Shown here piece by piece: positions 1-11,454 of a stretch of DNA of 64,000 nt. Below the pieces are notes generated by a model. The model was given only the letters and a program-made list of their open reading frames with translations, did not search any database and was not told where the DNA came from. The first letter of the stretch is position 1. Every line of letters starts with the position of its first letter. This DNA comes from Mobula hypostoma (Eukaryota), in assembly GCF_963921235.1 (NCBI RefSeq), contig NC_086097.1, positions 23,996,001-24,060,000 on the forward strand, in the 5' to 3' direction. The translations under genes and the position numbers were made by a program.

Positions 1-110
1 GAGGGGAGAGAAGAGAGAATATCCATGGAGGGGAAGCAGGAAGTATATCCAGAGTCTATGGAGCGGAGGTTTCCTTGTGCTGTGCAACGTCCACAACTCC
101 CTGCAGTTTC

Positions 111-1450
111 TTCAAAGTTCAAAGTTAATGTTATTATCAAAGTAAGTTTATGTCACCAAATACTACCCTAAGACTCATTTTCTTACTGGAATCCACAGTA
201 GAACGAAGGAGTACAAAATAATCAATGAAAAACTACACACAAAGATTGACATGTTGGGCAAATACAAAAAGAAGCCAGTAATAATACTAAGAATACAAGG
301 TTAGAGTTCTTGAAAATGAGTTCAAAGATTGTGTTCAATGACAATCAGTTCAGTATTGTGTTGTGTGAAGATGTCTACACTGGTTCAGGAACTTGATCAT
401 TGAACTGTTCCTGAACCTGCACCGGGTGTGGGACCTGAGGCTCCTGTACCTCCTTCCTGATGGTAGCAGCGAGAAGAGAGCATGGCCTAGATGCTAGGCG
501 TCCTTTAAGATGGATGCTGCTTTCTTGTAGCAGAGCTCTTTGCAGTTGTGTTCAACGATGGTGGGGGGGGGGGTGGGGGGAGCGGTTTCCTCTGATGGAC
601 AAGGCTTTACTCACCACTTCCTGTAGGTTTTTTCATTCTTGGCCATGGGTGTTTCCATACCAGACCTTGATGCATCCAGACAGAATACTCTCCACCGTGC
701 ATTTGTAGAAGTTTGCCATTGTTTTAGATGACATGATGAATCTGCGCAAACTTCTAAGAAAGTAGAAATGCTGCTGTGCTTTCTTTGAAATGGCATTTGC
801 ATGCTGGTTCTGGTCCCAGGACAGATCCTCTGAAATTATAACACCCAGGACCTTAAAGTTACTGACACTCTCCACCTCTGGTCCCCCAATGAGCACTGGC
901 TCATGGACGCCCAATTTCTTCCTCTTGTAATCAATAATTGCCTCTATGGTTTTGCTGATGTTGAGGGAGAGGTTGTTGTGGTGACACCACTCAACCAGAT
1001 ATTCAATCTCCCTCCTTTATACCAATCCATCACCACCTTTGACTTAACCAGCAGCAGTGGTGTCATCAGCAAACTTGAATATGACATTGGAGCTGTACTT
1101 TGCCTCACAGTCATAACTGTAAAGTGAGTAGATCAGGGAGTTAAGCACACAGCCTTGTAGTGCACCTGCGCTGATGGTGATGGTGGAGGAGATGTAGTTG
1201 TCTATCGAAACTGACTGAGATTTGCAAGTGAGGAAATCGAGGACCCAGTTACACAAGGAGGTATTGAGGCCTATGTTTTGGAGCTTATTGATTAAGTGAT
1301 AGTGTTGAATGCTGTATCCTGATGTATTCATCTTCACTGTCCAGATACTCATGAGCTGAGTGGAGAGCCAATTAAATTAATTGACCTACTGTGATGGTAG
1401 GCAAATTAGAGTGGATCCAAGTCACTCCTCAGGCAGGAGTTGATAAGCTT
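111..1450 (-). mobile_element. Rex1/Babar-like non-LTR retrotransposon, decayed 3' part (RT + C-terminus + 3' tail)
   Basis: Minus ORFs 1044..1352 ([23 protein letters not shown]) and 633..914 (FKVLGVIISEDLSW, KKAQQHFYFLRSL, NFYKCTVESILSGCIKVWYGN); frameshifts; (TTTGAAC)n-type tail at ~111-125 shared with other copies. Confidence 0.85.
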
Positions 1451-1889
1451 CATGCCTGTACATTTTGTCCTGTTAAGCCTGGACGGCAATCTCAGCTTTA
1501 TAAGGCAGTGGAAGACCTCATTAGCCCCACACAGAGCTGGTGTACGCTAAATTGAGAGATAACACATGTATGACACCAGTGGTGAATGAAAAGCTCCTTA
1601 ATTACTGCATTTTTTTCAGCAACATAAAACTAGTAAATGAAAACATGTGACCATTAGTAATGCCAGCTCTCTTAAAATTTTAATTAACCTTTTTAACAGA
1701 ATGCTATAAAGGTTTGTTACCCCCTAGTTTTGCTTTCAATTTTCAATTTTAGACAACAGTAACAAAACATTTCAATAACCCTCAGAAGATCTTGGTAATA
1801 AAAAAAAAACAAGATCATTGCATTACACCTTCAACACTTGTGTGTTCTAAACCAACAATACACATTTACACACACTCACTGTGTTTAAG

Positions 1890-2565
1890 AATTCCCGGTG
1901 CGTCCTCCTCTACATCGGTGAAACCCGATGCAGATTGGGGGACCACTTCGTCGAGCACCTCCGCTCCGTCCGCCACAACAGACAGGATCTCCCGGTTGCT
2001 ACCCACTTCAACTCTCTTTCACATTCCCATTCGGATATGGCCATACATGGCCTCCTCTACTGCCATGATGAGGCTGAACTCAGGTTGGAGGAGCAACACC
2101 TCATATACTGTCTAGGTAGTCTCCAACCCCTTGGTATGAACATAGAATTCTTCAACTTCCGGTAATTCCCTCCCCACCCTCCTTCCCCTATCCCTATTTC
2201 ACTCTGCCCCCTCCTCCAGCTGCCTACTACCTCCTTCATGGTTTCGCCTCCTTCTACTACCCATTGTGCTTTCCCCTGTTCCTTCTTCACTTTTCCTGCC
2301 TATCACCTCCCTGCTTCCCCTCCCCCACCCCTTTATCTTTCCCCTTACTGGTTTTTCACCTGGAACCTACCAGCCTTCTCCTTCCCACCCTCCCCCCACC
2401 TTCTTTATAGGGCCTCTATCCCTTCCCCCTGCAGTCCTGACGAAGGGTTCCGGCCCGAAACGTTGACTGATCGTTTCCACGGATGCTGCCCCACCTGCTG
2501 AGTTCCTCCAGCGTGTTATGAATGTTGCTTTGACCCCAGCATCTGCAGACTATTTTGTGTTTATG
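1890..2565 (+). mobile_element. Penelope-like element 3' part: GIY-YIG endonuclease remnant + pseudo-LTR
   Basis: ORF 1881..2165 LYIGET..RLGDHFVEHLRSV..PVATHFN..RLEEQHLI..LGSLQPLGMN is a PLE-type GIY-YIG domain, followed by a pyrimidine tract and the conserved pLTR block seen in many copies. Confidence 0.9.
2432..2469 (+). ncRNA. Minimal type I hammerhead ribozyme motif in Penelope pLTR
   Basis: CAGTC-CTGACGA-A-GGGT/TCCG/GCCC-GAA-ACGT-T-GACTG: stem I CAGUC:GACUG, CUGANGA core, stem II, GAAA, palindromic ACGU in place of stem III, NUH triplet GUU. Confidence 0.8.
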
Positions 2566-2574
2566 GTGACTTAT

Positions 2575-4185
2575 ATTACCTTTCATTCTTCAGCCTTCTC
2601 CCTATAACCTTTGATGCCCTTACTAATCAAAATCCTTTTAACATCCACTTTAAATTTACCCAGTGACTTGGCCTCTACAGCCAGGCTGCAACAATGAATT
2701 CCACAGATTTACCACCCTCTGGCTAACGAAATTCCTCCTCATCTCTGTTCTAAAGGGTCATTCGTCTGTTCTGAGGCTGTGCCCTCTGGTCATGGACTCC
2801 CCCACTATTGGAAACATCCTCTCCACGTTCACTCTTTCTCAGCCTTTTAATATTGAATAGGTTTCAATGAGATCCCTCCCCCCAATTCTCCTCAACTCCA
2901 GTGAGTACAGGACATGAGACGTCAAACACAGCTCATATATTAACCCTTTCATTCCCAGGATCATTCTTGTGAACCTCCTCTGGACCCTCTCCAATGCCAG
3001 CAAATCCTTTCTTAGATAAGGGGCCCAAAACTATTCACAACACCCCAAGTGCAGTCTAGCCAATGCATTATAGAGCCTCAGCCTTACATCCTTAGGATGA
3101 ATGCGTCGAGTCTACTTTTCTCCAGGTTGTGGAATCAAGAGCTAGAGTGAACATAATCTTAAACTGAGGGGAGAGATTTCACAGGAACCTGAGGGGCAAC
3201 TGCTTTACCCAGAAGGCGGTCGATGTATAGAATGAGCTACCAGAGGATGTGGTTGTGGTAGGTATGTTAACAATATAGAGTCCTAGAGTGACAGAGTAAT
3301 GCAGCATGGAAACAAGCCCTTCAGTCCAACTGGTCCATACTGCTCACAGCATCTCCCTTACTAGTCCCAGTTGTCTACATTTGGTCCATAACCCTCCAAG
3401 CCCTTTCCCTCCATAAACCTATCCAAATGCCTTCTACATGTTCCAGTTGTGTCCACATCAACCATTTCCTCTGGCAGCTCATTCCAGGTACTCACTGCCC
3501 TCTGTGTAAAGAGGTTACTTTTTAAATCTCTCCCTTCTTGTCTTGTATCTGTACTCACTAGCTTTGGACTCCCCAACACTGAGGAAAAGACTATAGCCAT
3601 CCATCTTATCTAAACCCCTCATCATTTTATGAATTTCTATGAGATCACCCTTCCTTCTCCTACAATCCAAGGAATAGAGATTGAGCCTGGCCAACCTCTC
3701 CCTACTACTCTGTCCTTTTCATCCAGGCAACATCTTTGTAAATCTCTTTTGTGCTCTCTCCTGTTTGAGGATGTCTTTTCTATAAAAGGATGACAGTAAC
3801 TATACACAAGAAAAGATATCTGGACAGATACATGGATAGGAAAGGTTCAAAGTTCAAAGTAAATGTATTATTAAAGTATTTACCTGTCACCATATACAAC
3901 TTTGAGATTCGTTTTCTAGCGGGCATACTTAGTAAATTCAAGAAACACAATAGAATCAGTGAAAGGCTGTACTCAAATGGACGGACAAACAACCAACGTG
4001 TAAAAGACAATAAAATATGCAAATACAAAAGAGAAAAAAAAATAAGCAATAAATATCGAAAACATGACATGAAGGTTCAGAGGGATATCATCCAAACACA
4101 GGCAAAGGGACGAGCTTGGATAAGAATTTTGGTCAGCATGGGCCAGTTGGGCCGAAGGGCCTATTTTCACGCTATATGACTCTGG
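2575..4185. mobile_element. Cluster of nested CR1 3' fragments in both orientations with a Rex-like tail at ~3846-4075
   Basis: CR1 C-terminal motifs (FTQRAVSTWNELPEEMV, ORF 3361..3600) and CR1 3' UTR blocks repeated throughout the window. Confidence 0.8.
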
Positions 4186-5469
4186 TGTTGAGTGTCAAGA
4201 TGTAGCCAGGTTCTTGGAGTAGAAGTTTGATGTGTCCATGTTGAATCTCTGTTGACAACCCCAGAAAAGAATTTATGGTGTCCATAAATCAATAAGGACA
4301 CCTAGGACTGCCAATCCTCACAAGTATCAGGGAAATCAATGAGCTGGGGGAAAGCGATTGCCCTGTGGACCAGCACGGATCTGATGAGTCAAGTGGCCTC
4401 CTTCTATGTCATAAGGAAAAAATGCAACCAGTCCCATTGACGACTAGGATTGATCAGTTTTGACTCATTGCCCCAATGCTCTTCTCAATCTTCCTGCCGC
4501 GATGTTCGTGCCAGGAGCTCAAGGCTGGCAGTGACACAATGGCCAGATGGCTTCCTCTGAACTGTAAATTTCTCGGTTCTAAAATGTATGGTTTCGCAAA
4601 TTTTCTTAACAGACAGAATGATATTGTTGGTTTACCTAAGATGAAGCCAGCACTTGATTGCACTGTGCTGCCTCGCTCTCCAAGTTGCAGAGTACCTTCT
4701 GAAACTGAGTGGCCCTCGGAATGTAGCAACATCTGCCCTGTGGGCCGTTGCTTCATTACTGTGTTATTTTGATGTGTGGTTGTGGAGAAATGTAGGCCTG
4801 ATTCAAGGGCTGGAGATCCCAGGCTGGTACAGTAGAGGGGGCACTGCTCTCAAGTACACCAATGGATTGCAGAGAGTTTTTAGCACAGGTTCCTGACCCT
4901 GCTAACAATGGGCAGAGAATAATACTGCTTTTGTTCAATATCTATATTGTATTGGAAGCACTTTATGTTAACACTGGCCTCCCATCAATTCTGTTCCTAA
5001 TTGTTTGCAGCATCCAGCATAATAATTGTGCTATAAGTATACTCCTTAGCTATTATATACGGCAATATCCCCATTTTCCTTAATGTGTAACAAGACCCAG
5101 TCAACACGAATTATGATGCAATTGCAGAAATTATCGCATGTAATTGAATCTCAGCTTGCAGCTTCTGCACAGTTTGTAAGAGTATTCGACTATTTATAGC
5201 CGGAGAGACATTATATTGACTAAGCGCTTTTTTTAGAGAAGGGTTGTGACTGTTGAAACAATTGTGTTTAAACGCAACAATAAACAGGCAGCTGTTTGTT
5301 GAGTTAGTTTAAGGTTTAGTGAATGACAGCGGTGTTATCGTAATGTTGTCAGACTGTTCTGAAGACACAAGTTTCAATTCCCATCAAGGCATTTGCGGGA
5401 TCGAAGCTGGAATATAAATCTAGTGGTGCTTTTCCCAGAGAGATGCCCAGTGAAGATATCTGCCTGGAA

Positions 5470-6860
5470 CATAGAAGATGGAATATTGCTGCTGAGAACA
5501 GGCCCTTTGTCCGACTATGTTGTGCCAACCTTTTAACCTCCTCTCATATCAATCTAACCCTTTCCTCGATAAGTTCTCTCTTTTCCTTTTATCCATGTGT
5601 TTCACTTTCAAGGACTCTACAACTCATGTTCTCAGTATTATTTATTTATTTATTTGCACCGTTTCTCCTCTTTTCCACATCGGTCAGTCTTTGTGGGTAG
5701 TTTTCATTGTATTTCTCTAAGTGCATCTCAAGGTACTATATGGTGACATATACTTACTTTGATAATGAATTTACTTTGAACTTCACTTTAAACTTTATCT
5801 GGGAGTATCTTAAGTATCCCTATCATATCTACCTTTACCATCACCCCTGGCGGCACGTTCCATGCACCTACCACTCTCTGTCTGATAAACCCACCTCTGA
5901 CAACTTCCCAATACTTTCCCTTAATCACCTTAAAATTATGACCCTAACGTTAGCCATTTCCACCCTGCGAAAAGACTATGACTGTCCAATCTATCTATGC
6001 TTTTATACATTTTCTATCAAGTTACTTCTCATCCTCCTTCTGTCCTAAGAGAAAAGCCCAAGTTCGCTCAACTTATCCCCATAAGGCATGCTCTGTAATC
6101 CAGGTAAATCTCCTCTGCATCCTCTCCAAAGGTTTCACATCCTTCCTTAATGAGTGACCAGAACTGAGCACAATATTCCAGGTGTTCCAGGTGTGGTCTA
6201 ACCAAAGCTTTATCCAAGATATAGCATCCATGACATCTTCAAGGAGGGGTTCCTTAGGAAAGCGGTGTCCATCATTAAGGCCATGCCTCCTTCACACTCT
6301 TACTGAGTCGGGAAGGAGATACAGAAGCCTGAAGGCATACACTCAGCGATTCAGGAACAGCTTCTTCCCCTCTGCCATCCAATTCCTAAATGGACATTGA
6401 AGCCATGAACATCACCTCACCTTTTTTTATTTGTTATTTTGCACAACTTATTTTAACTTAACTGTTTATTTGACATATATATATATATATATAAAACTCA
6501 GCTTTTTATCTTTATTTATCATTATTTATCATATATTTGATTATACTGCTGCTGTAAAGTTAACAAATTTCATGACATATTCCGATGATATTAAATCTGA
6601 TTCTGATTCTGAAAGCTGAAACATTACCTCACAACTCCTGAACTCAGTCCCTGACTAATGAAGGCCAACATACCATACACTTTCTTAACCAACCCAGCAA
6701 TTAGCACAGCAACTTTGAGGGATCTGTGGGCGGGAACATCAAGTTGCCTCTGTTCCTGTGCACAGCTAAGAGTCCTGCCATTAACACTGTACTCTGTCTA
6801 CAAGTTTGACCATCCAAAGTGAATCACTTCACACTTTTCCAAAACGAACTCCATCTGATG
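5470..6860. mobile_element. Decayed minus-strand CR1 interrupted by plus-strand Rex-like 3' fragments
   Basis: Antisense CR1 sequence (ccagaactgagcacaatattccagg..); ORF 6182..6400 ends SGRRYRSLKAYTQRFRNSFFPSAIQFLN, a Rex-type C-terminus; (CTGATT)n tail at ~6597-6612. Confidence 0.75.
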
Positions 6861-7082
6861 GAGAAATTGAGCAAATGTACTCACTGTAGATCTGTGCCTG
6901 CTGGCCATATAGGGATCATTGTCCAGCACGGGTCAGCATCTGCTGCAGAGGTGAGTCGGCAAATGGATCCGTGATGGGGAAATGGGTCAACATTAATATT
7001 GACGTATGAACGCCCAGCAAAGGAGAGATGAAGGATAATAGTCCAGTACCAGTCAATCTTTGCTGGAGAGATGAAGTTTATT

Positions 7083-8105
7083 GCAATACACACAAAATAC
7101 TGGATAAGCTGAGAAGGTCAGGCAGTATCTATGGAGAGGAATAAAGATTGATGCTTGAGACAGAGCCCTGCATTGAGATCGGAATCTAATGATGCAGATG
7201 TCAGAATAAGGTGGTGTTGGAGGGGAAGAATTACAAGGTTGCAGATGATAGGGAAGAGGACGTGAGGGGGGAGATGGGTGGGTGAAGTAAGAAGCTGGGA
7301 GGCGATAGGTGGAAGTGGTAAAAGGTTGAAGAAGTATGGAGGATGGTGGACCCTGGAAGGAAGAGAAGGAGGGGCACCTGAGGGAGGTGATGGGCAGGTG
7401 AGGAGAAGAGAAGGGGTAAGAGGAGAGCCAGAATGGGAATGGTATAAAAGAGAAAATTTAAAGTTAAAGTCTGTCCCGAGCCTTATAGGCACATCAGGCC
7501 TGTGCTTATGCCGATTTCCATGGCGTGGAGCGACTGAGAGTAGGAGACTCCCTCTCCCCACCCCGCCCGCCCCCCCCGGATAGGACGCCAGGTTATCGTG
7601 AGGTTAACCCCCAGTATCTTGCTGGTACCCATTTTCAGCTGGGTGGACTGGAGCAGTGTGTGGTTAAGTGCCTTGCTCAAGGACACAACACGCTACCTCA
7701 GCTGGGGCTGGAATTCACGACCTTCAGATCGCTAGTCCAACACCTTAACCACTTGGCCATGCGCCACGAAAAAGAGAAACAGAGGGGAAAAAGGGAGAAG
7801 AAAATTATCAGAAGTTCAAGAAATCGATGTTCATGCCATCAGATAGGAGGCTTCCCAGATGCAATAAGAGGTGTTGCTCCTACAGATTGAGGTGGCCTCA
7901 TCGTGACAGTAGAGTTACTTCTTCCTCTCCCCTCACTCTAAAGTTCAACCCCCTTCCTTTCCAGTCATGATGAAGGGTCTTGGCCTGAGCCATCAACTGT
8001 CTGTTCCTCTCCAGAGATGCTGCCTGACCTGCTGAGTTCTTGGAACAGTTTTGTGTGTGTTGCTCTGGATTTCTTTTCCAGCATTTACAGAATCTCTCAT
8101 GTCAG
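7083..8105. mobile_element. Penelope-like insertion with inverted pLTRs, 11-bp TSD
   Basis: Minus arm ~7083-7910 (pLTR + end of GIY-YIG) joined to plus arm ~7915-8105; TGAAGTTTATT at 7072-7082 and 8106-8116. Confidence 0.8.
7456..7769 (-). mobile_element. tRNA-derived CORE-like SINE (family A), 10-bp TSD
   Basis: Minus strand starts GTGGCGCATGGCCAAGTGGTTAAGG (A box), followed by CORE-like TGTGTCCTTGAGCAAGGCACTTAACC..AAAATGGG and tail GACTTTAACTTT; AAAAGAGAAA at 7446-7455 and 7770-7779; inserted in the PLE. Confidence 0.85.
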
Positions 8106-8939
8106 TGAAGTTTATTATCAGGTGGGAGTCTACCTCTATTGGAAGGACAGGGAATCATTGACTTGTGCAGGGCAGTGACTGTGAAACGTCTGGGAACCAA
8201 GGTTGAAGCTGTTGGAGATGGGACTCATTTACCCTGCCAGTGCATTAATTATCAAAGACAAAGGAAGCATTGTAGAATGATGTTTGTCTGTATGAGTAAA
8301 CAGCAATCTTTCCCATTCCCTGAGGATATTCCAGGAAATATTCTTTGTATGTCACGAGGAGTAATATTTCACTCACTGAAAAGTTGGATGCACTAGACTG
8401 AACACGCTCTTCAGCTAATAGAACTTTGGATAATTTAGCATTGAAGTCATTTACTGTTCTAATCAGGCACTGTGTTTAAAAATATAATGAAAGTCTAATT
8501 ATTGCGCATAGTCTCCAAACCTGCACCATAATGTAGAAGAAACAATGCAGATTCTGATAGTCATTTTGATATATTGCTTCCAGTGGCAGTGCTTTATATG
8601 ATAAGAAACAGAAAGACTTAGCATTGATTAAATGATTGTTTTACACTATAAATTAAATGCATCCTGACTGAACATAGAAACATAGAATATTACAACATGG
8701 TAGAGACCCTTCAACCACAATGTCAGAGGTAGTTTTATTTTAACACAGATTGGTGGGTGTGTGGAACTTGTTGACAGAGGTGGTGGTAGAGAGAGATACA
8801 TAGGGACATTTAAGAGTCTCTTAGATAGGCACATGATTGATAGAAAAATGGAGGCCTATGTTGGATGGAAGGTTAAAAGGTCATGTTTCAACATTATGGA
8901 TTAAAGAGCCTGTATTGTACTGTAATGATCTATGCTACT

Positions 8940-9190
8940 TCTCCCTCACTCTTTCTCACGCTCTTTCTACCCCTCTCTAAATCTCTCTCTCTCTTCTGTT
9001 CCATTCTCTCTCTCTCTCTCTCTCACTCTTTCTCTCTCTCTGTCTTTCTTGCATCTCTCTATCCCTCATTTCCTTTTTCTCTTCTGTTCTCACCCTCTCT
9101 CACTCTTTCTCTCTCTGTTTCTTCCTCTCTCTCTCTCTCTCTCCCCCCACCACTCTCTCCCACACCCTCTCCTTCCTTTTCTCTTCCCTG
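8940..9190. repeat. Degenerate (CT)n polypyrimidine microsatellite
   Basis: Directly visible. Confidence 0.95.
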
Positions 9191-9686
9191 CCCCTGTTCA
9201 AGCTCCATCCTCTATATATTGTCCCTGCTTCACATCTGTTCTCCCTTTCAGAGGCAGGCTCTGTTTCTGTACTTGATTTTATATATTGCTGTGTTTTGGA
9301 CTCTGTCCCCTGTGCCGTGTCTCAGATAAGAGAATTTATTGGAAGACCTGCACTGCTGTTTAATAAATTGGATTTCAAAGTTATTACTCATGCATTAGTT
9401 GAAATTAGAATGCTCATAAAGGTGTCAATTCATGAAAGCAGATTCTCCGCTCTCAAGGATTTCAGCAGCTTGACTGTTTGAATCTTTTTTTAATTATCGC
9501 TCACAATTCCTTCTAAATATGTACAATGATTTACTTCCTAATCATTTTCTGTTGGTGCAGTGAGTGAAGTATGGCTTAACTTGAGTCAATACTGCATTAC
9601 CCTTCAGGTCTCACAATTCTGTGGGTGGGAGTGACATTTGAGCAAAACCACCAGTTCATTTGTCCTTTGTTCACCTTCTTCTCTCT

Positions 9687-9781
9687 GCAACACACACAAA
9701 ATGCTGGACGAACTCAGCAGGCAAGGCAGCATCTATGGAAAGGGATAAGCAGTCGATGTTTCTCTTCGAGATCCTTCCTCA
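9687..9781 (-). mobile_element. 95-bp Penelope pLTR-derived mini-insertion
   Basis: GCAACACACACAAAATGCTGG...ATCCTTCCTCA; CTCTGC duplicated at 9683-9688 and 9782-9787. Confidence 0.75.
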
Positions 9782-9848
9782 CTCTGCCTGGCCTGGGAGG
9801 AAGCAAAGCACAAACCCATGAGGACAGATCCTGAGATGAACATAAGAA

Positions 9849-10094
9849 TGTTATATTTTGTAACTTCTTAACATAAAGCTAATTGAAAGAAAAGCACAGG
9901 AGGCCGAGATGAATGTGTTTATTTCATTTTTACTTTAGTGAGGCACACGCTTCTGACATAGTGATGTAATGGTGCTTGCCATTCACATACTTTTACATAT
10001 AACCCATAATGAATTATGTCAACAACAAAGAACACTTAATCAAACAATGTTTCTCAAATATTACTGAAATATTAAATGCACCACATTCCTCCCT
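9849..10094 (-). mobile_element. 3' LTR and polypurine tract of a Gypsy element
   Basis: TGTTAT...ACCACA (9849-10085); on the minus strand AGGGAGGAA (10086-10094) directly precedes TG; lies downstream of the integrase remnant. Confidence 0.7.
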
Positions 10095-10169
10095 GTTTAG
10101 CTATAAACTAACTCAATATAGAATGCATCTCAACACAAATATTTAATGTATAGTTCTCTGATCATTTTA

Positions 10170-10810
10170 TCTATACCACTTCACTGAGCACCTACGTTCC
10201 AGCTGCCAGAAAAAGCAGGATCTCCCATTGGCTACTCATTTTAATTGCACTTCCTATTCCCATTCCAAAACATCAGTCGATGGCTTCCTCTACTGTCGCG
10301 ATGAGGCCACATTCAGTTTAGAGGAACACCACCTTATATTCCGTCTGGGTAGCCTCCAACCTATTGGCATCAACATCAATTTCTTGAACTTCCAATAATG
10401 CCCCCCATATGCCATTCCCCATTCCCTTTTCCCTCTCTCTGCTTATCTCTTTACCTGTCCATCACGTCCCTCTGGTGCTCCACCCTCTTCCTTTTCTTCC
10501 ATGGCCTTCTGCCCTCTCCGATCAGATTCCCCCTTCTCCAGCTTTTTATCTTTTTCAACAACCGACTTCCCTGGTCTTCCCACCTCCTCCCCCCTCCCAG
10601 TTTCACCTATCACCTTGTATTTCTCCTCCCCCTCCTTCTTACTCTGACTTCTCACCTTTTTCCCCAGTCCTGATGAAGGGTCTCGACCTAAAACATCGAC
10701 TGTTTACTCTTGTCCAAAGATGCTGCCTGGCCTGCAGAGTTCCTCCAGCATTTTGTGTGAGTTGGGAGTTGCTTGGATTTCCAGCATCTGCAGATTTTCT
10801 CTTGTTTATC
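10170..10810 (+). mobile_element. Penelope-like 3' fragment with decayed hammerhead motif (10665-10702), nested in Gypsy
   Basis: Colinear with 1890-2565 (GIY-YIG remnant, pyrimidine tract, CAGTCCTGATGAAGGGTCTCGACCTAAAACATCGACTG). Confidence 0.85.
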
Positions 10811-10814
10811 TAGG

Positions 10815-11453
10815 TATGTGATGCTACCATTCATTTCGAGAGGACTAGGATATAAAAGCAAAGATGTAATGTTGCTTTAGAAGGCCCTGGTAAGGCCTCA
10901 CTTGAAGTATTGTTTGCAGTTTTTGGCCCCTTATCTAAGAAAGGATGTGCTGACATTGGAGAGGGTTCAAAAGAGGTTCACAAAAATTATTCTGGGATTG
11001 AAAGGCTTATCATATGAGGAGCACTTGTTGGCTCTGGGCCTGGGCTCACTGGAATTCAGAAGCATGAAGGGGGACCTCAATGAAACCTATCGAATGTTGA
11101 AAGGTCCGATAGAGTAGATGTGGAAAGGATGGTTCCTGTGGTGCTGGAGTCTAAGACCAGAGGACACAGCCTCAGAATAGAGGGTCATCCATTTAGAACA
11201 GAGATGAGGAGGAATTTGTTTAGCCAAAGTGTTGAATCTGTGGAATTAGTTGTCACAGGTGGCTGTGAAGGCCAAGTCATTGGGTATATATAAGACAGAG
11301 GTTGATAGATTCTTGATTAGTTAGGACATGAAGGGATACAAGGAGAAGGCAGGAGATTGGGGCCAAGAGGGAAATGGATCAGCCATGATGAAATGGCGGA
11401 GCAGAGTTGATGGGCCAAATGGCCTAATTCTGCTCCTATATCTTATGGTCTTA
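10815..11453 (+). mobile_element. CR1 3' fragment nested in Gypsy
   Basis: ORF 10902..11117 YCLQFLAPYLRKDVLTLERVQKRFTK; (TCTTATGG)n tail. Confidence 0.9.
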
Positions 11454-11454
11454 T

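Noticed and set aside
8883..9329. Ser/Leu-rich 148-aa and 114-aa ORFs
   Set aside because: Open frames arise from the (CT)n microsatellite.
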